Of a DNA stretch of 64,000 nucleotides, positions 10,671-21,215 are shown piece by piece. Origin of the DNA: an uncultured delta proteobacterium. GTDB taxonomy: Bacteria > Desulfobacterota > Binatia > DP-6. The notes beneath the pieces are model-generated. The model saw only the letters and a program-made list of their open reading frames with translations, was not told where the DNA came from and did no database searches. Positions within the stretch are counted from its first letter, which is position 1; each line of letters begins with the position of its first letter. The stretch lies in NCBI GenBank assembly GCA_963815115.1, contig CAWFFN010000005.1, forward strand, positions 1-64,000, given 5' to 3'. Position numbers and translations under genes: made by a program.

Positions 10671-12128
10671 TGTCAACACAAAGTAGAAATGTCCGCCTTT
10701 GCCCCAAGTAGAGATGTCCGGTTTCACTCGACTCGGGGGGAGGGAACGCGCAGGGGCGCGCCCGCGCGCAGGCGGTGCTTCTCGCGCCCGCTGAGCTTCG
10801 GGTTGGCGAGGCGGGCGGCATCGCGCGCACGCTGCTGGGCCGCGATCCAGGTGAAGACCCCGTCGAGATGCGGGTACTCGACGATCACCCCGGGCGCGAG
10901 CTGCGCGTGATCCTTCGGGTAGAGGCGGGCGGCCAGCGCACGGCCCTGGGCATGCAGGGTGACGGTCCCATCCTCGGCCTCCCGGACCTACACCGTCGTG
11001 CCGCGCAGGCGTCGGGTCGCGACGGAGTCGTCGAGCACGTAGAGGTCCCGCTTGTAGTGCACCGTGAGCTGGCGGCTGATCCGGCGGGTCTCCTGCAGCG
11101 TGAAGAGCTGGGTGAGGTCGGCCTCCGGGCGCAGCGGGCGATGCGCGTCGTAGGCGACCGCCGGCGGCTTGGCGAAGCGGCGATTGTAGTCGGCCATGAA
11201 CGCGGGCAGGAACGGCGTGGCGGCCCCGGGATCGTTGAGGCCGCGCAGGCGCAGCTCCTTGACGAGCCGGTCCTGCAGGGTGCCGTTGGCCCGTTCGACG
11301 CGGCCCTTGGCTTCCGGGCTGCGGGCGCAGAGCAGGTCGATGTTAAGGGCACGCAGAGCGCGGCCGAACTGCGACAGCCCGGGCCCGCCCTGAGCGCGGT
11401 TGCGGGCCTGGACGTGGAAGACACTCAGCCGGTCGCTGTAGAAGGCCATCGGCTTGCCGTGGCGCTCGAGGTAGCGGCGGGTGGCGCGGAAGTAGTCGAA
11501 CGTGGACTCGACGTCGGCGAAGCACAGCTCCATGAGGCGGCTGGTGGCATCGTCGACGTACACGAGCAGCGTGCACACCGGGCCGCGGTCTTCGAACCAG
11601 GCGTGCTCGGAGCCGTCGACCTGGACGAGCTCGCCGAGACACGCGCGGCGCGGCCGGGGCGGCTGGCTGCGGCGCGCGCGCTGCGCCCGCGGCACCCAAA
11701 GGCTGGCGGCAGTCATCCAGCCACGGAGCGTTTCGACGGAGAGGGCGAGCGCGTGCTCCTCGGTGAGCTTCTGGTGCGCGAAGGTCGGCCCGAAGTCGGC
11801 GTAGCGCTCGCGCACGAGGAGCAGCGCCTGCTCGCGGACGGTCGCGGCCAGCCGGCGATTGCTCGGGCGGCCACGCTGGCGGGAGCCCAAGGCCGCCGCG
11901 CCCTCGCGCCGGAACGCGCGGTAGAGCCGCCGGACCTGGCCCTCGCTCAGCCCGAGCAGCGCGGCCGCCCGGCGTCGGGTGAGCCGCCGTTCGGCCAGCC
12001 GGGTCATGATCTGCAGTCGGTCCAGTTCCCCCATCGTCAGCCCCAGCGTCGTCGCCATGGCGCCACTGTGGGGCCCAGGCGGACATCTCTACTTTGGGGA
12101 AACCGGACATTTGCATTTGGGGCCTACG
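10671..12128 (-). mobile_element. ISNCY (IS1202-group) insertion sequence; transposase 10724-12058 with in-frame TAG at 10988-10990
   Basis: RERYADFGPTFAHQKL, GELVQVDGSEHAWFE, KGRVERANGTLQDRL; both ends carry tandem AAGTAGA(A/G)ATGTCCG-type repeats; left end TGTCAACAC. Confidence 0.92.
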
Positions 12129-12222
12129 CGCCCCGGAAAACCTTGGCCTATCGGACGCCAGCGGATATCTTCGCAGCAGCGTTGCCATGACCGGTTGAAC
12201 CCGCACTTACTATCCGCGCTCC

Positions 12223-12372
12223 ATGAGCCACCTGCCCGAAGTCGTTCGATCCAAGGCGATCGAGATCGCCAACGCGCTCCTCGAAGAGGGCTATGAGGAA
12301 GGCCGCGCAATCCGGATCGCCATCGCGAAGGCGAAGGAATGGTCCGAGCGTCGCGGCCGCGTCCCTGGCTGA
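12223..12372 (+). CDS. Small YdaT-like protein (5' end possibly damaged by TGA at 12196)
   Basis: (YYPRS)MSHLPEVVRSKAIEIANALLEEGYEEGRAIRIAIAKAKEW; below the ORF-track size cut-off. Confidence 0.75.
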   Translation: MSHLPEVVRSKAIEIANALLEEGYEEGRAIRIAIAKAKEWSERRGRVPG

Positions 12373-12456
12373 CGGTCATGATCTCAGCACCCGATCGCGA
12401 CCTGTCGCCGTCGCGCGGAGTGCGGATGTCGCGATCGGCGACCAGGTGGCCGCCGT

Positions 12457-13050
12457 TCAGTGTACTACCAGCACCGGTGTCCGCGTTCCTCCCAGGACCC
12501 GGTGCGACAGGCTGCCGAGAACCAGGCCAGTCAGCGCGCCCCGGCCTCGACTCCCCATCACCACCAAGTCGGCGTTCTTGGCGGCTTCGACGATCGCCTC
12601 GACGGGCGGCTGGAACACCACGCGGGTCGTGGCCGGAACACCGGCCTGCTCGCAGATCCTGCGACAGTGGGCGACCTGGGCCTCGGCATCGTCCCTGAGC
12701 GCGCCCTCGGCCTCCGCGGACAGGTCGAGCTCGCCGATCCTGGGAACCATGCGCAGCATGTCCGTCCAGCCGGGATCGACCGCGCAGAGCACGAACACTT
12801 CGCCATGCGCCATGGCGGCGAACGCGGCCGCGGTCGCGGTCGCGCGCACCGAGGGGCCCGAGCCGTCCACGGCGACGAGGATCCTGCGCGGGACGGGCGG
12901 GAGCGGCTGAGGCGCAGCGGGCGCCACCTCCTCGGCCAGGGCCATGTCGGCGCATCGTGCCGAGCAGAAGCTCCGGGCCTGCCCGCCGAGCATCAGCTCG
13001 ACCGCGACGTCCCCGAGCACGTGGGACCCGCACACTGGACACTTGATCAT
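12457..13050 (-). CDS. Universal stress protein with N-terminal TRASH/YHS-like Cys domain (copy 1)
   Basis: CPVCG...FCSARC followed by RILVAVDGS...VMGSRGRG...LGSLSHRVL. Confidence 0.88.
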   Translation of the reverse strand: MIKCPVCGSHVLGDVAVELMLGGQARSFCSARCADMALAEEVAPAAPQPLPPVPRRILVAVDGSGPSVRATATAAAFAAMAHGEVFVLCAVDPGWTDMLRMVPRIGELDLSAEAEGALRDDAEAQVAHCRRICEQAGVPATTRVVFQPPVEAIVEAAKNADLVVMGSRGRGALTGLVLGSLSHRVLGGTRTPVLVVH

Positions 13051-13393
13051 CGTGCACCCTCCGCTCCGCTTTCGCGCTTGGTGACCCCTGTCTTCCCCAG
13101 ATTCCCAGGCATGGGGGGCAGCACTGTCGCCCCTCCGACCACGCCTGGCGCAGCGCGCGCCTGCGGGCGGTCCGTCCCGAAGGCGGCCGCTCCCCGGTCG
13201 TCGTGGTATGAGGATCGTCGCGCGAAGCAGGGGCCACGACGCGAGCGTGATCGCGCACACGGGCGAGGAACCAACACTACACGCTGACCACTGAATACTT
13301 CATCCACCGGCGTAATCGCACGCCCCGGCGGCGGCCAGGGACCCTCAGTCGAGCGGGATCGCGCAGGCTGCGTGGCAGGTCGGCCACCGTGAT

Positions 13394-14077
13394 TCACTGG
13401 CCGTCGCCCAGGATCATGGCGTGCTCGATGACGTAGTCGAGCTCGCGGACGTTGCCCCTCCAGGGCTGCGCCACGAGGAGCTTCAGGGTGGCGTTGTCGA
13501 CCCCTCGGTAGGAGCGCTTCATCTCGCGGTTGTGGCGGCGAACGAGGAACTCGATCAGCCCGGGGATGTCCTCCCGGCGGTCCCGCAGCGTGGGCGCGAC
13601 CTTCCGGACGAGGTGGAAGACCTCGTGCATGAGGCCGCTCTTGCCGACCAGGTGATCGAAGTCGAGGTCACGCTCGACCTCCCGGCGGAGCATCTGGGTC
13701 TGCCAGGCGAGCTGGCGATGCTCCAGGATGCGGGCGACCTTGGCGAGGACGTCGTCGAACACGACGGGCTTGAGGATGTAATCCGCCGCGCCCCCGCGCA
13801 ACGCCTCGACCGCGCTCTCGATGCTGCCGTGTGCCGTCATCACCAGCGGAACGGTCTGCGGCGCGACATCGTGCAACTTGCGCAGCACGGCGAGGCCGTC
13901 GGCGCCGGGCATCTGCAGGTCGGTGATGACGAGCGAAAAATCGTGCCCGTCGATCGCCTCGAGCGCAGCCGTACCGTCGACCGCCGTCTCGACCACGTAC
14001 CCGGCGTCCCGCAACACCTCCGCGAGACTGTCGCGTACGCCGGACTCGTCGTCGGCGACCAGGATCGCCTCCGCCAT
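13394..14077 (-). pseudogene. NtrC-family sigma54 response regulator with the AAA+ core deleted in frame and the HTH lost
   Basis: Receiver domain (VADDE, TDLQMPG, YILKP), then VRKVAPT joined directly to LRDRREDIP...WRGNVREL; no Walker A or GAFTGA. Confidence 0.88.
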
Positions 14078-14127
14078 GCTTCCGTCTCTAGCCGACCGTT
14101 CCTTCCCTGAACAAGTCGGCGGGCGAT

Positions 14128-14595
14128 CTACTTCTTCCTCCCGCGTGCCCGGCGCTTCGGGACGGGCACCCGCAGGGTGAGCACCGGAACCGTGGCATGC
14201 CGGACGACGCGCTCGGCGACGCTCCCGATCAGGAAGTGCGACAGCCCTGTGCGCCCGGACGTCGCCATGACGACGCTGTCCGCCCGACGGGCGGCGTCGA
14301 TGATGCGCTGGGACGCATCGCCGATATCGACCCGTACCGTCACCGGCGGCCCTCCGGATCTCAACACCCTGGCCACCAGGCGCTCGAGAAACTGGCGATA
14401 CTCGGGAATCAGATCACCCGGCGCCGGCATGGCGAATGGAACCTCGCCGGGCATGTAGAACGGTGCGAGCACATGCAACACGGTGAGCTTGCCTCGATGC
14501 TCCTTGGCGAGGTTGGCGGCTGTCTTGAGCGCGACGGTCGCCTGGCTGGAGAAGTCGTGAGGGACGAGGATGTGGCGAAAGAGGCTTCGAGTCAT
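14128..14595 (-). CDS. Universal stress protein
   Basis: HILVPHDFS, VMATSGRTG, GSVAERVVRHATVPVL. Confidence 0.92.
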   Translation of the reverse strand: MTRSLFRHILVPHDFSSQATVALKTAANLAKEHRGKLTVLHVLAPFYMPGEVPFAMPAPGDLIPEYRQFLERLVARVLRSGGPPVTVRVDIGDASQRIIDAARRADSVVMATSGRTGLSHFLIGSVAERVVRHATVPVLTLRVPVPKRRARGRKK

Positions 14596-14990
14596 GACTG
14601 CTCCTTCCTCGGATCGGCGAGATGCTCGCGAAGCAAGGGCCGCGCCGCGTCCCCCCAGCCGGACGCGGCAGCCAATTCCGAAAGATCGGAATCCTCGACG
14701 AGCACCTGCGGTCGGACGGCGACGCCGGCCAGCGATGGATACCCGGGGATCCAGTGCACGAGCTGCCTCGCCTCCTCCTTGTCGATCGCGGGCGCGTTGC
14801 GCAGCATGCCCGCGTCGCTCACCTTTCCATGCCAGTGGCGATCCTCGTCTTCGGGCCCCCCCGAGCCGCGGAGGACGATCAGCGTGAGTCGCTGCTCCGC
14901 CCCTTCTGCCCTTTGTACTCGAGCGCAATGTCCTTCCACGATCGGGAATGCGGGAGCATTGCGTGCGGGTCGGGGCTGACGCTTCCGCAC
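14592..14990 (-). CDS. Hypothetical protein (start uncertain)
   Basis: Open frame whose stop overlaps the USP start (ATGA); no motif recognised. Confidence 0.3.
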   Translation of the reverse strand: MRKRQPRPARNAPAFPIVEGHCARVQRAEGAEQRLTLIVLRGSGGPEDEDRHWHGKVSDAGMLRNAPAIDKEEARQLVHWIPGYPSLAGVAVRPQVLVEDSDLSELAAASGWGDAARPLLREHLADPRKEQS

Positions 14991-15140
14991 GATGGCACAG
15001 ATCGCAGCCCTTGGCTGAGGCCAGACGGTTCATCGCGTCGGGCGAGGGCTCCGCCCGCCATCGCGCATCCCGCGACGGCTGCATGCCATCGGAAGTTCAC
15101 GCACCAGCGACTCCCGGGAACCGAGAGTGGTCATGCAGGG

Positions 15141-15812
15141 TCACGACCAGGGACTGACCTGCAGCTGGTCTTCCACCTCCCTGACGCCCGGCGCGAAGCG
15201 AGCGGCCCCGACCGTCGCGCGGCGGTCCGCCCATGAGCGAACCTGGCCCGTGAGCTTGACGGTGCCCTCGGGCGTCACCTCGACCCGGATGCGCTTGGCT
15301 TCACGCTCCGCACGCCGCTCCAGGGCATCTTCGATGGCTTCGCGGACCATCTCCGGCTGCACGGGCTTCCCGAAGGAAACCGTCATTGTGTCTGCGACCC
15401 CGCGGACGCCGATGAGATTCCGCACTGCGCGCTCGGCGTCCTCGCGCTCGGTCCACGTATCGACGTTCCCTGCGAGGGTCACCCAGCCATTCGAGACCGT
15501 CGACTGGATGCGATCGTGCGGCACCCACACATTCCACTCGAGCGCGCGCCGGACCGCCTGCGCGATCTCGGTGTCCGTCCGTGCCGAAGCGCCCGGGAGC
15601 TTCACCTGAACGTCATTGGCGACGTCGAGCACACCCACCACGCGGTGCGCGGCGTCCTGGGCCGCCAATCGCTTGGCCCAGCTGCTCACCGTGCCCGTCA
15701 GCGTGACGACACCACGATCGACCTCGACGCCGACCTCGGTCTCCTGGACGCGAGGATCGAACCTGAGCTCCCGGAGCACGTCTTGCTGAATCTGAGAGTC
15801 GGTTTTGGCCAT
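15141..15812 (-). CDS. Triple-BON-domain protein (copy 1)
   Basis: Three GxVTLxGxV...GVxxVxD repeats. Confidence 0.92.
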   Translation of the reverse strand: MAKTDSQIQQDVLRELRFDPRVQETEVGVEVDRGVVTLTGTVSSWAKRLAAQDAAHRVVGVLDVANDVQVKLPGASARTDTEIAQAVRRALEWNVWVPHDRIQSTVSNGWVTLAGNVDTWTEREDAERAVRNLIGVRGVADTMTVSFGKPVQPEMVREAIEDALERRAEREAKRIRVEVTPEGTVKLTGQVRSWADRRATVGAARFAPGVREVEDQLQVSPWS

Positions 15813-15844
15813 GAGCGTTTTCCCTCCTGGTTCGCGAAGAATCG

Positions 15845-15860
15845 GGCAGGCACCATGCCA
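15845..15860 (-). promoter_or_regulatory. sigma54 promoter for BON copy 1
   Basis: TGGCATGGTGCCTGCC (GG-N10-GC). Confidence 0.6.
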
Positions 15861-15956
15861 ACCACAATCCTCCGTTCTGCGCAGCTCACCACGTTCCGCG
15901 TCCGTGAGGAGCGCCTAGAGGCGGGGGAGCTGCTCCCCCGCCTGTCTCGTTGAATC

Positions 15957-16439
15957 TCACGCAGCGGCAGCGACCTGCCGCTCCCCGCGCAACGCGCAGA
16001 TCGCGCCGAGCGTCTCGGCGACGTCGTCGGCGGGGATCTCGCGCTTACTCGACGTCCCCCGCTCCCGAGCGGCCTCCCGGGCGATGTCGTTGAGCGAGAG
16101 AAGGCCGATGACATGGCTCTCCGCATCGACTACCGGCAGCCGCCGCACCTGTGCGGCGCGCATGATGCTCTCGGCCTCGGCGATGGTATCCGTCGCCCGG
16201 CACGAGCGCAGGTCGCGCGCCATGGCGGTTCCCACGCGCAGATGAGTGAGGGGGCCGCCCTGGGTGTACGCCGCCATGCAGACGTCGCGATCGGTGATCA
16301 TGCCCATCCCCCGTCCCTCGTCGTCGACGATGGGGACGCAGCCGCAGTCGTTCTCCCACATCAGCTGCGCGGCACGATCCAGACTGTCACTCGACCGGCA
16401 CGTCTTGACGTTCCGGTTCATCACTTGCTCGACTTTCAT
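15957..16439 (-). CDS. CBS-domain protein (copy 1)
   Basis: MWENDCGCVPIV, GMITDRD, VRRLPVVD. Confidence 0.92.
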   Translation of the reverse strand: MKVEQVMNRNVKTCRSSDSLDRAAQLMWENDCGCVPIVDDEGRGMGMITDRDVCMAAYTQGGPLTHLRVGTAMARDLRSCRATDTIAEAESIMRAAQVRRLPVVDAESHVIGLLSLNDIAREAARERGTSSKREIPADDVAETLGAICALRGERQVAAAA

Positions 16440-16467
16440 GAGGTCCTCCTCGAGGGGCGGCCGCCCC

Positions 16468-16902
16468 TCAGTGTACCGAGACGTCGACGCGGTGTGCCTT
16501 CGCCTGTGCGGCCTTGGGCAGGGTGATTCGGAGGATGCCCTGTTTGAGTTCCGCGCTCGCCTTCGCCGGATCGACGTCGGCGGGCAACGCAACCGTGCGC
16601 TGGAATGCGCCGTAGCGGATCTCCTGGCGATAGTAGTTCTTCTTCTTCTCTTCCGTCTCCTTTCGTGTCTCGCCGCGTACCGTGACTTCGTCCTCGGTGA
16701 CCGAGACGTGGAGCTGATCCTTCTCCACTCCCGGCACCTCCAGCTTCACGGTCACGTCGCCATCGGACTCGCTGACCTCTGCCGCCGGTTCGAGCGGCCC
16801 TCCCTCGCCCTCGTGGGTCCCGAGAAACTCCCGGAAGAAGTCCTCGAACAGGTCGCGGCGCGCGAGCGAATGCAGCGGCCGCCATGGTGTGAGTGCCTTC
16901 AT
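16468..16902 (-). CDS. Hsp20/alpha-crystallin small heat-shock protein (copy 1)
   Basis: EVPGVEK, EIRYGAFQRTVALP, GILRITLPK. Confidence 0.95.
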   Translation of the reverse strand: MKALTPWRPLHSLARRDLFEDFFREFLGTHEGEGGPLEPAAEVSESDGDVTVKLEVPGVEKDQLHVSVTEDEVTVRGETRKETEEKKKNYYRQEIRYGAFQRTVALPADVDPAKASAELKQGILRITLPKAAQAKAHRVDVSVH

Positions 16903-16940
16903 GATGCCTCCTCGTTGGTGGGTCTCTTCAGGCACTCTCT

Positions 16941-17031
16941 CGCAAAGGCCGGGCCATGAGGCTTCGGCATCCGCGCGTCGATGATTCCCGGGAATGCGAA
17001 GGCAGGCGCCAGTGCGTTCTCAGGTTCGCCT
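16941..17031 (-). promoter_or_regulatory. sigma54 promoter plus tandem upstream activator-like sites for hsp20 copy 1
   Basis: TGGCCCGGCCTTTGCG at 16941-16956; TCCCG-N4-TGCGA at 16986 and TCTCA-N4-CGCCT at 17018. Confidence 0.65.
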
Positions 17032-17076
17032 TCCGCCAACGGCAGATCCTGTGGGTTCGAGGCGAGGGGATGGTGA

Positions 17077-18207
17077 TCAGCGGGATCGGATGGGCAGCCT
17101 ACCCGAATTCCTCTCGGGCTGACCGTCGGGGCTGCTGTCGATGAAGACGTCCATCAGCTGACCGACGAGGATCTTGCTGTCGAGGACCAGCGGGTTCTCC
17201 GGATCGACCGCGTAGATCAACTGCACCACTCGCGTATCGACCCGCTCCGTGTTGACGCCGGTCAGCGACGTCTTGGGCAGGACATAGGGCTCCAGCCGAA
17301 CGAAGGACAACGGCACTTCCTGCTGCGAGGGATCGCCGCGGATCTTCGCCCGGGCCGGCGCGTACAACTTGAGCCGCGGCAGATCCTCTTCGTCCACGCT
17401 CACACGGACGTGGAGGGGCTGGAGGTTCCCCCCATGAGGATCAACGATTGGCCACTGGATGTGGAGACGTACTCGCCCGGTCGGACGTTCACCTGCAGGA
17501 TGGTGCCGTCCACCGGGGCCCGCACCCGCAACAGGTCGAGTGTGGTCTTCGCCTGCTCGACTTGGGTCCGGGCTCGCGCGACGGTCGCCGCGGCGATGGT
17601 GCGGTCCGGTGCCCAGGCCCCGGCCTTGAGCAGGGCGAGGCTCGATCGCGCGAGCGCGAGCTGCGCGCGGGTCGACTGATAGTTCTGCTCGCTGGTCACG
17701 AACTCCTGCTGCGACACGACCCCGCTCCCGACCAGTCTCCTGGCACGTTCGTACTGGTCCTGCGCCTGGCGCAGGTTGGCCTCGGCGACCGCGACCTGCG
17801 CCTCGCTGACCGGCACCTCCTCGGGTCGCGGCTGGAGATTCAGCCGCCGCAGTTGCTGCTTGGCGATCATCAGAGCCGCCTGCCGCGCTTTGAGGTCGGC
17901 AACGGCCTGGCGGTCGTCGAGCTCGAAGAGGAGATCGCCGGCCTCGACCGATTGGCCGACGCTGACCCAGACTTTGGTGACGGCGTCGCGATTTTGGGAG
18001 CCGACGGCGATGTTGCTGGTGCCGCTCGCCTCCGTCGATGGCTCGACCATCCCGGCACCCGCGACCGTGTCACCGAAGGGGCTCGTGGGCGGCGGGACGG
18101 GCGGCAGCGTCGTTGGTTCCGATCGCTGGATGAGGAGCGCGTGCGCTACGGCGAAGATCAGAAGGCCCACCGCGACGAGTGGCAAGCGGTTCCACCTGCT
18201 TCGTCAT
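17077..18207 (-). pseudogene. HlyD/efflux periplasmic adaptor subunit, frameshifts near 17425 and 18190
   Basis: VAGAGMVEP, VRAPVDGTILQVNVRPGE, EPYVLPKTSLTG..TERVDTRVVQLIY. Confidence 0.85.
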
Positions 18208-18764
18208 CGCCACGCGTCCATCCTCCAGGGTGATGATCCGGTCCGCGAACCCGAACACGCGAGAGTCGTGTGTCACGATGACGGCCACTCGATTCCGGCT
18301 GCAGGGCCATCCGGCGGATCAGCGCCATGATCGCCTGCCCCGTCCGCGCGTCGATGGCGGATGTCGGCTCGTCGGCCACGAGCAAGCGGGAACGATGGAC
18401 CAGCGCCCGCGCAATCGCGACACGCTGCTGCTGTCCGCCGGAGAGCTGCGACGGCAAGGACGTCATGCGGTCCCCGAGCCCGACGCTCTTCAGCATCTCC
18501 GTGGCACGCGCCATCGCCATGGACCTGGCGTCGCCGTCGATGACGAGCGGGACCGCCACGTTCTCCGCGGCTGTCTGGGCGGGAGGGAGGTTGAACTGCT
18601 GAAAGACGAAGCCGACGTTCCTGGCCCGGAACGAGCGTGAGCTCGCCCGGGCGGATGTCCAGGTCCACGCCGCGCAGGGCCGGCACGCGCGAGTTGCCGG
18701 CGCCATAGTCCTTGGTGAGGTTCCGGCAGGCGACACCCGGGGCGCTCTGGGCGATCGAGCTCAT
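18200..18764 (-). pseudogene. ABC transporter ATPase with the Walker A region deleted
   Basis: ALRGVDLDIRPGELTL joined to FRARNVGFVFQQFNL; LSGGQQQRVAIARAL, ADEPT and VTHD retained. Confidence 0.88.
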
Positions 18765-19229
18765 GCTCCCTGGAAGACGATGGCCGGCTCGAGCACGAGC
18801 ACTCGGCGAATGCTCAGGAGGCTCGCCAGCAGCACGATGATCATCACGGCGCCGGCCGACAGCGCGAGTACCTGCCACGGCAGGAAGAACGCGAGTAATG
18901 GCATCGCGCGCTGCGCCACCACGCCGTACAGCGTCGCCAATCCAACTCCCACGCCGTACCCGATGACGCCGACCACCGAGCCCTGCGTCAGGATCATGCC
19001 CACGATGCGGCGATCGTCCGCACCCATCGCCTTGAGGGTGCCAAACTGCCTGAGGTTCTCGATCGTGAAGAGATAGGACGCCTGACCGGCGATCGCGCTG
19101 CTGCTGATTCCGACGAAGCCGATCACCGAATCCGAGCGAAGGCGATCACCCGATCCGATCGAAGCCGAGCACCACGTCCAGCCGATGCCGAGCGGTCCGA
19201 GTCGGAGCGAAGTGACGCTGGTGAGCGGG

Positions 19230-19822
19230 TTACTGCGCTGAGTCGCCCTCCAGCGTCAAGCGGGTGCGGGTCTTCCGCATCGATTCTCCTTTCAGGGTGA
19301 TGTGGTGGGCGTTGTGGACGAGGCGGTCGAGCGCGGCGTCGGCCACGGTCGGATCGCCGATGTAGGTGTGCCAGGCCTTCACCGGGAGCTGCGCGGCGAT
19401 CACGGTGGAGCGCTCGCCATGGCGGTCCTCGATGACCTCGAGGAGGTCCTGGCGCTCTTGCGGCCCGAGGGGCGCCAGCCCCCAGTCGTCCAGGATGAGC
19501 ACATCGGTCTTCGCCCAGCGCGCGAGGAGGCGGGGCAGCGAGCCGTCGCCGCGCGCGACCTGGAGTTCGTGGAGGAGCCGGGGCACGCGGCGATAGACCA
19601 CGGCGTGGCCGTCGCGGCAGGCGTGCTGCCCGAGCGCGCAGGCGAGGTACGTCTTCCCGCAGCCGGTCGAGCCGACCAGGAGGACGTTCTGGCGCTGGCG
19701 GATCCACTCGCCGGTGGCGAGCCGGCGCATCAGCGCCCGATCAAGGCCGCGGGGATGGCGATAATCGATGTCCTCGAGACACGCCGTGCGATCGCGCAGG
19801 CGAGCGAGCTGGAGGCGGCGGG
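19230..19822 (-). pseudogene. istB: IstB helper ATPase, 5' truncated
   Basis: LEDIDYRHPRGLDR, GSTGCGKT, LILDDWG, DAALDRLVH, LKGESMR. Confidence 0.9.
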
Positions 19823-19824
19823 TG

Positions 19825-21030
19825 AATGCGCATCGGGCATATGGGCCCGCTCCGTCGTGTAGTGGCCGCGGAGCGCGCTGCGGCGATGCGAGGCGACCGG
19901 GCGGCCCTTGTGGAAGATCTCGACGATGGTCGCCGTGGCCCGGATGTGACGCGCCGGCGGGACAGCGGATGCGGGACGCTGTAGTAGTGGCCGCCGAACT
20001 CGACGTGGTCGTCGATGTTCACCCCGACGTTCACCTTCCACTCCGGGATCTCGAAGCGCTGCGCCGGCAGCGGCTGGAGCGCGGGGCCGTCGAGCTCACG
20101 CCAGAGTGACCGGCGGGTGCCGTCGAGGCGGGAGAGCGGCCGGTCGTTGAGCCAGGCGAGACGGGCGCGGATCGCCGCGTTGGCCTCGGCGAGACTGAAG
20201 AAGCGCTGATCGCGGAGCGGGGCGAGCACCCAGCGCTCGACCTGGAGGACGGCGTTCTCCACCTTGGCCTTGTCCCGCGGCCGGCGGACCCGCGTCGGGA
20301 TGATCGTCGTCCCGTAGTGCGCGGCGAGCTCGGCGTAGGTGCGGTTGAGGTCGGGCTCGTAGTAGTCCGGCCGCGTGACGCCGGTCTTCGTGTTGTCCGG
20401 CACGGTGACGGCCGCGACGCCCTCCATGTACTCGTAGGTGTGGATGTGGGCTTGGATCCAAACGGGGAGCGCCTGGGATACGCAGACCTCAGCGTAGGAA
20501 AAACTCGACGCCCCGAGGGCCGCGACGAAGACGGGATGGGGCTGCACCACGCCCGTCGTGCGGTCGGTGATGCCGAGGGTCATCCCTGCCCAGTCGACGA
20601 AGAGCTTCTCGCCGGCGCGATGCTCCTGGCGCATGACGACGTCGAGCTGCGCGCGCCAGTCCCGGTACAGATCGCAGAAGCGCGAGTAGCCGTAGCCGTC
20701 GTCGGGGTGCACCTGGCGGTACTCCTGCCAGAGCAGCGCCAGGGTGACGCCGCGGCGCTTGAGTTCCCGGTAGAGCGCGGCGAAATCGGGGAGCGCCCGC
20801 TCCTGGGCCACCGGTGTGGGCGGGTAAAGCCGCGCCTCGAGGGCGGCGTCGTCGAGTTCCGCCGGGAGCGGCCACGTGAGCCCGGCGGCTGTCGCCCGGA
20901 CCATGATGTCGTGCACCGTCGTTGCCCCGATGCCGCAGCTCTGGGCCACCGCGCGGAGCGATCGCCCCTGGCCCCACCGTAGTCTCAAGATCTCGCGTGT
21001 CGTGCGCATGGATAGTCTCGCCGCCGGCAT
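19825..21030 (-). pseudogene. istA: IstA transposase, frameshift near 19960, 3' end deleted
   Basis: GEKLFVDWAG, VPDNTK, RPRDKAKVENAV. Confidence 0.92.
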
Positions 21031-21110
21031 GCCCCGCCTCCTCCCGATGGATTCGGCGACGGCCTACCGGCTGCCATCCAGCGCCGCGACGCCCCGGCTC
21101 GGGTTGAGGG

Positions 21111-21215
21111 GTGTTCGGCTTGCCTCGGAATCAGTGTTCGGCTTCGGTCGGAACGGGTGTTCGGCTTCCGCCGGTATCGGTGTTCGCCATCACTCGGATC
21201 GACCGTTCGGCTTCA
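21111..21215. repeat. Five 23-bp-period repeats (GTGTTCGGCTT core) in the IS21 end
   Basis: Core at about 21111, 21134, 21157, 21180 and 21203; multiple transposase-binding repeats are typical of IS21 ends. Confidence 0.85.

Noticed and set aside
10988-10990. In-frame TAG as pyrrolysine or programmed readthrough
   Set aside because: A single CAG>TAG change in a decaying IS is simpler; no recoding machinery seen
13284-13312. AT-richer stretch faintly like an IS21 terminal repeat
   Set aside because: No partner end or transposase nearby
21111-21215. Regular short repeats resembling a mini-CRISPR
   Set aside because: 23-bp period with about 12-nt variable parts, inside the IS21 end, and no cas genes; explained as transposase-binding repeats
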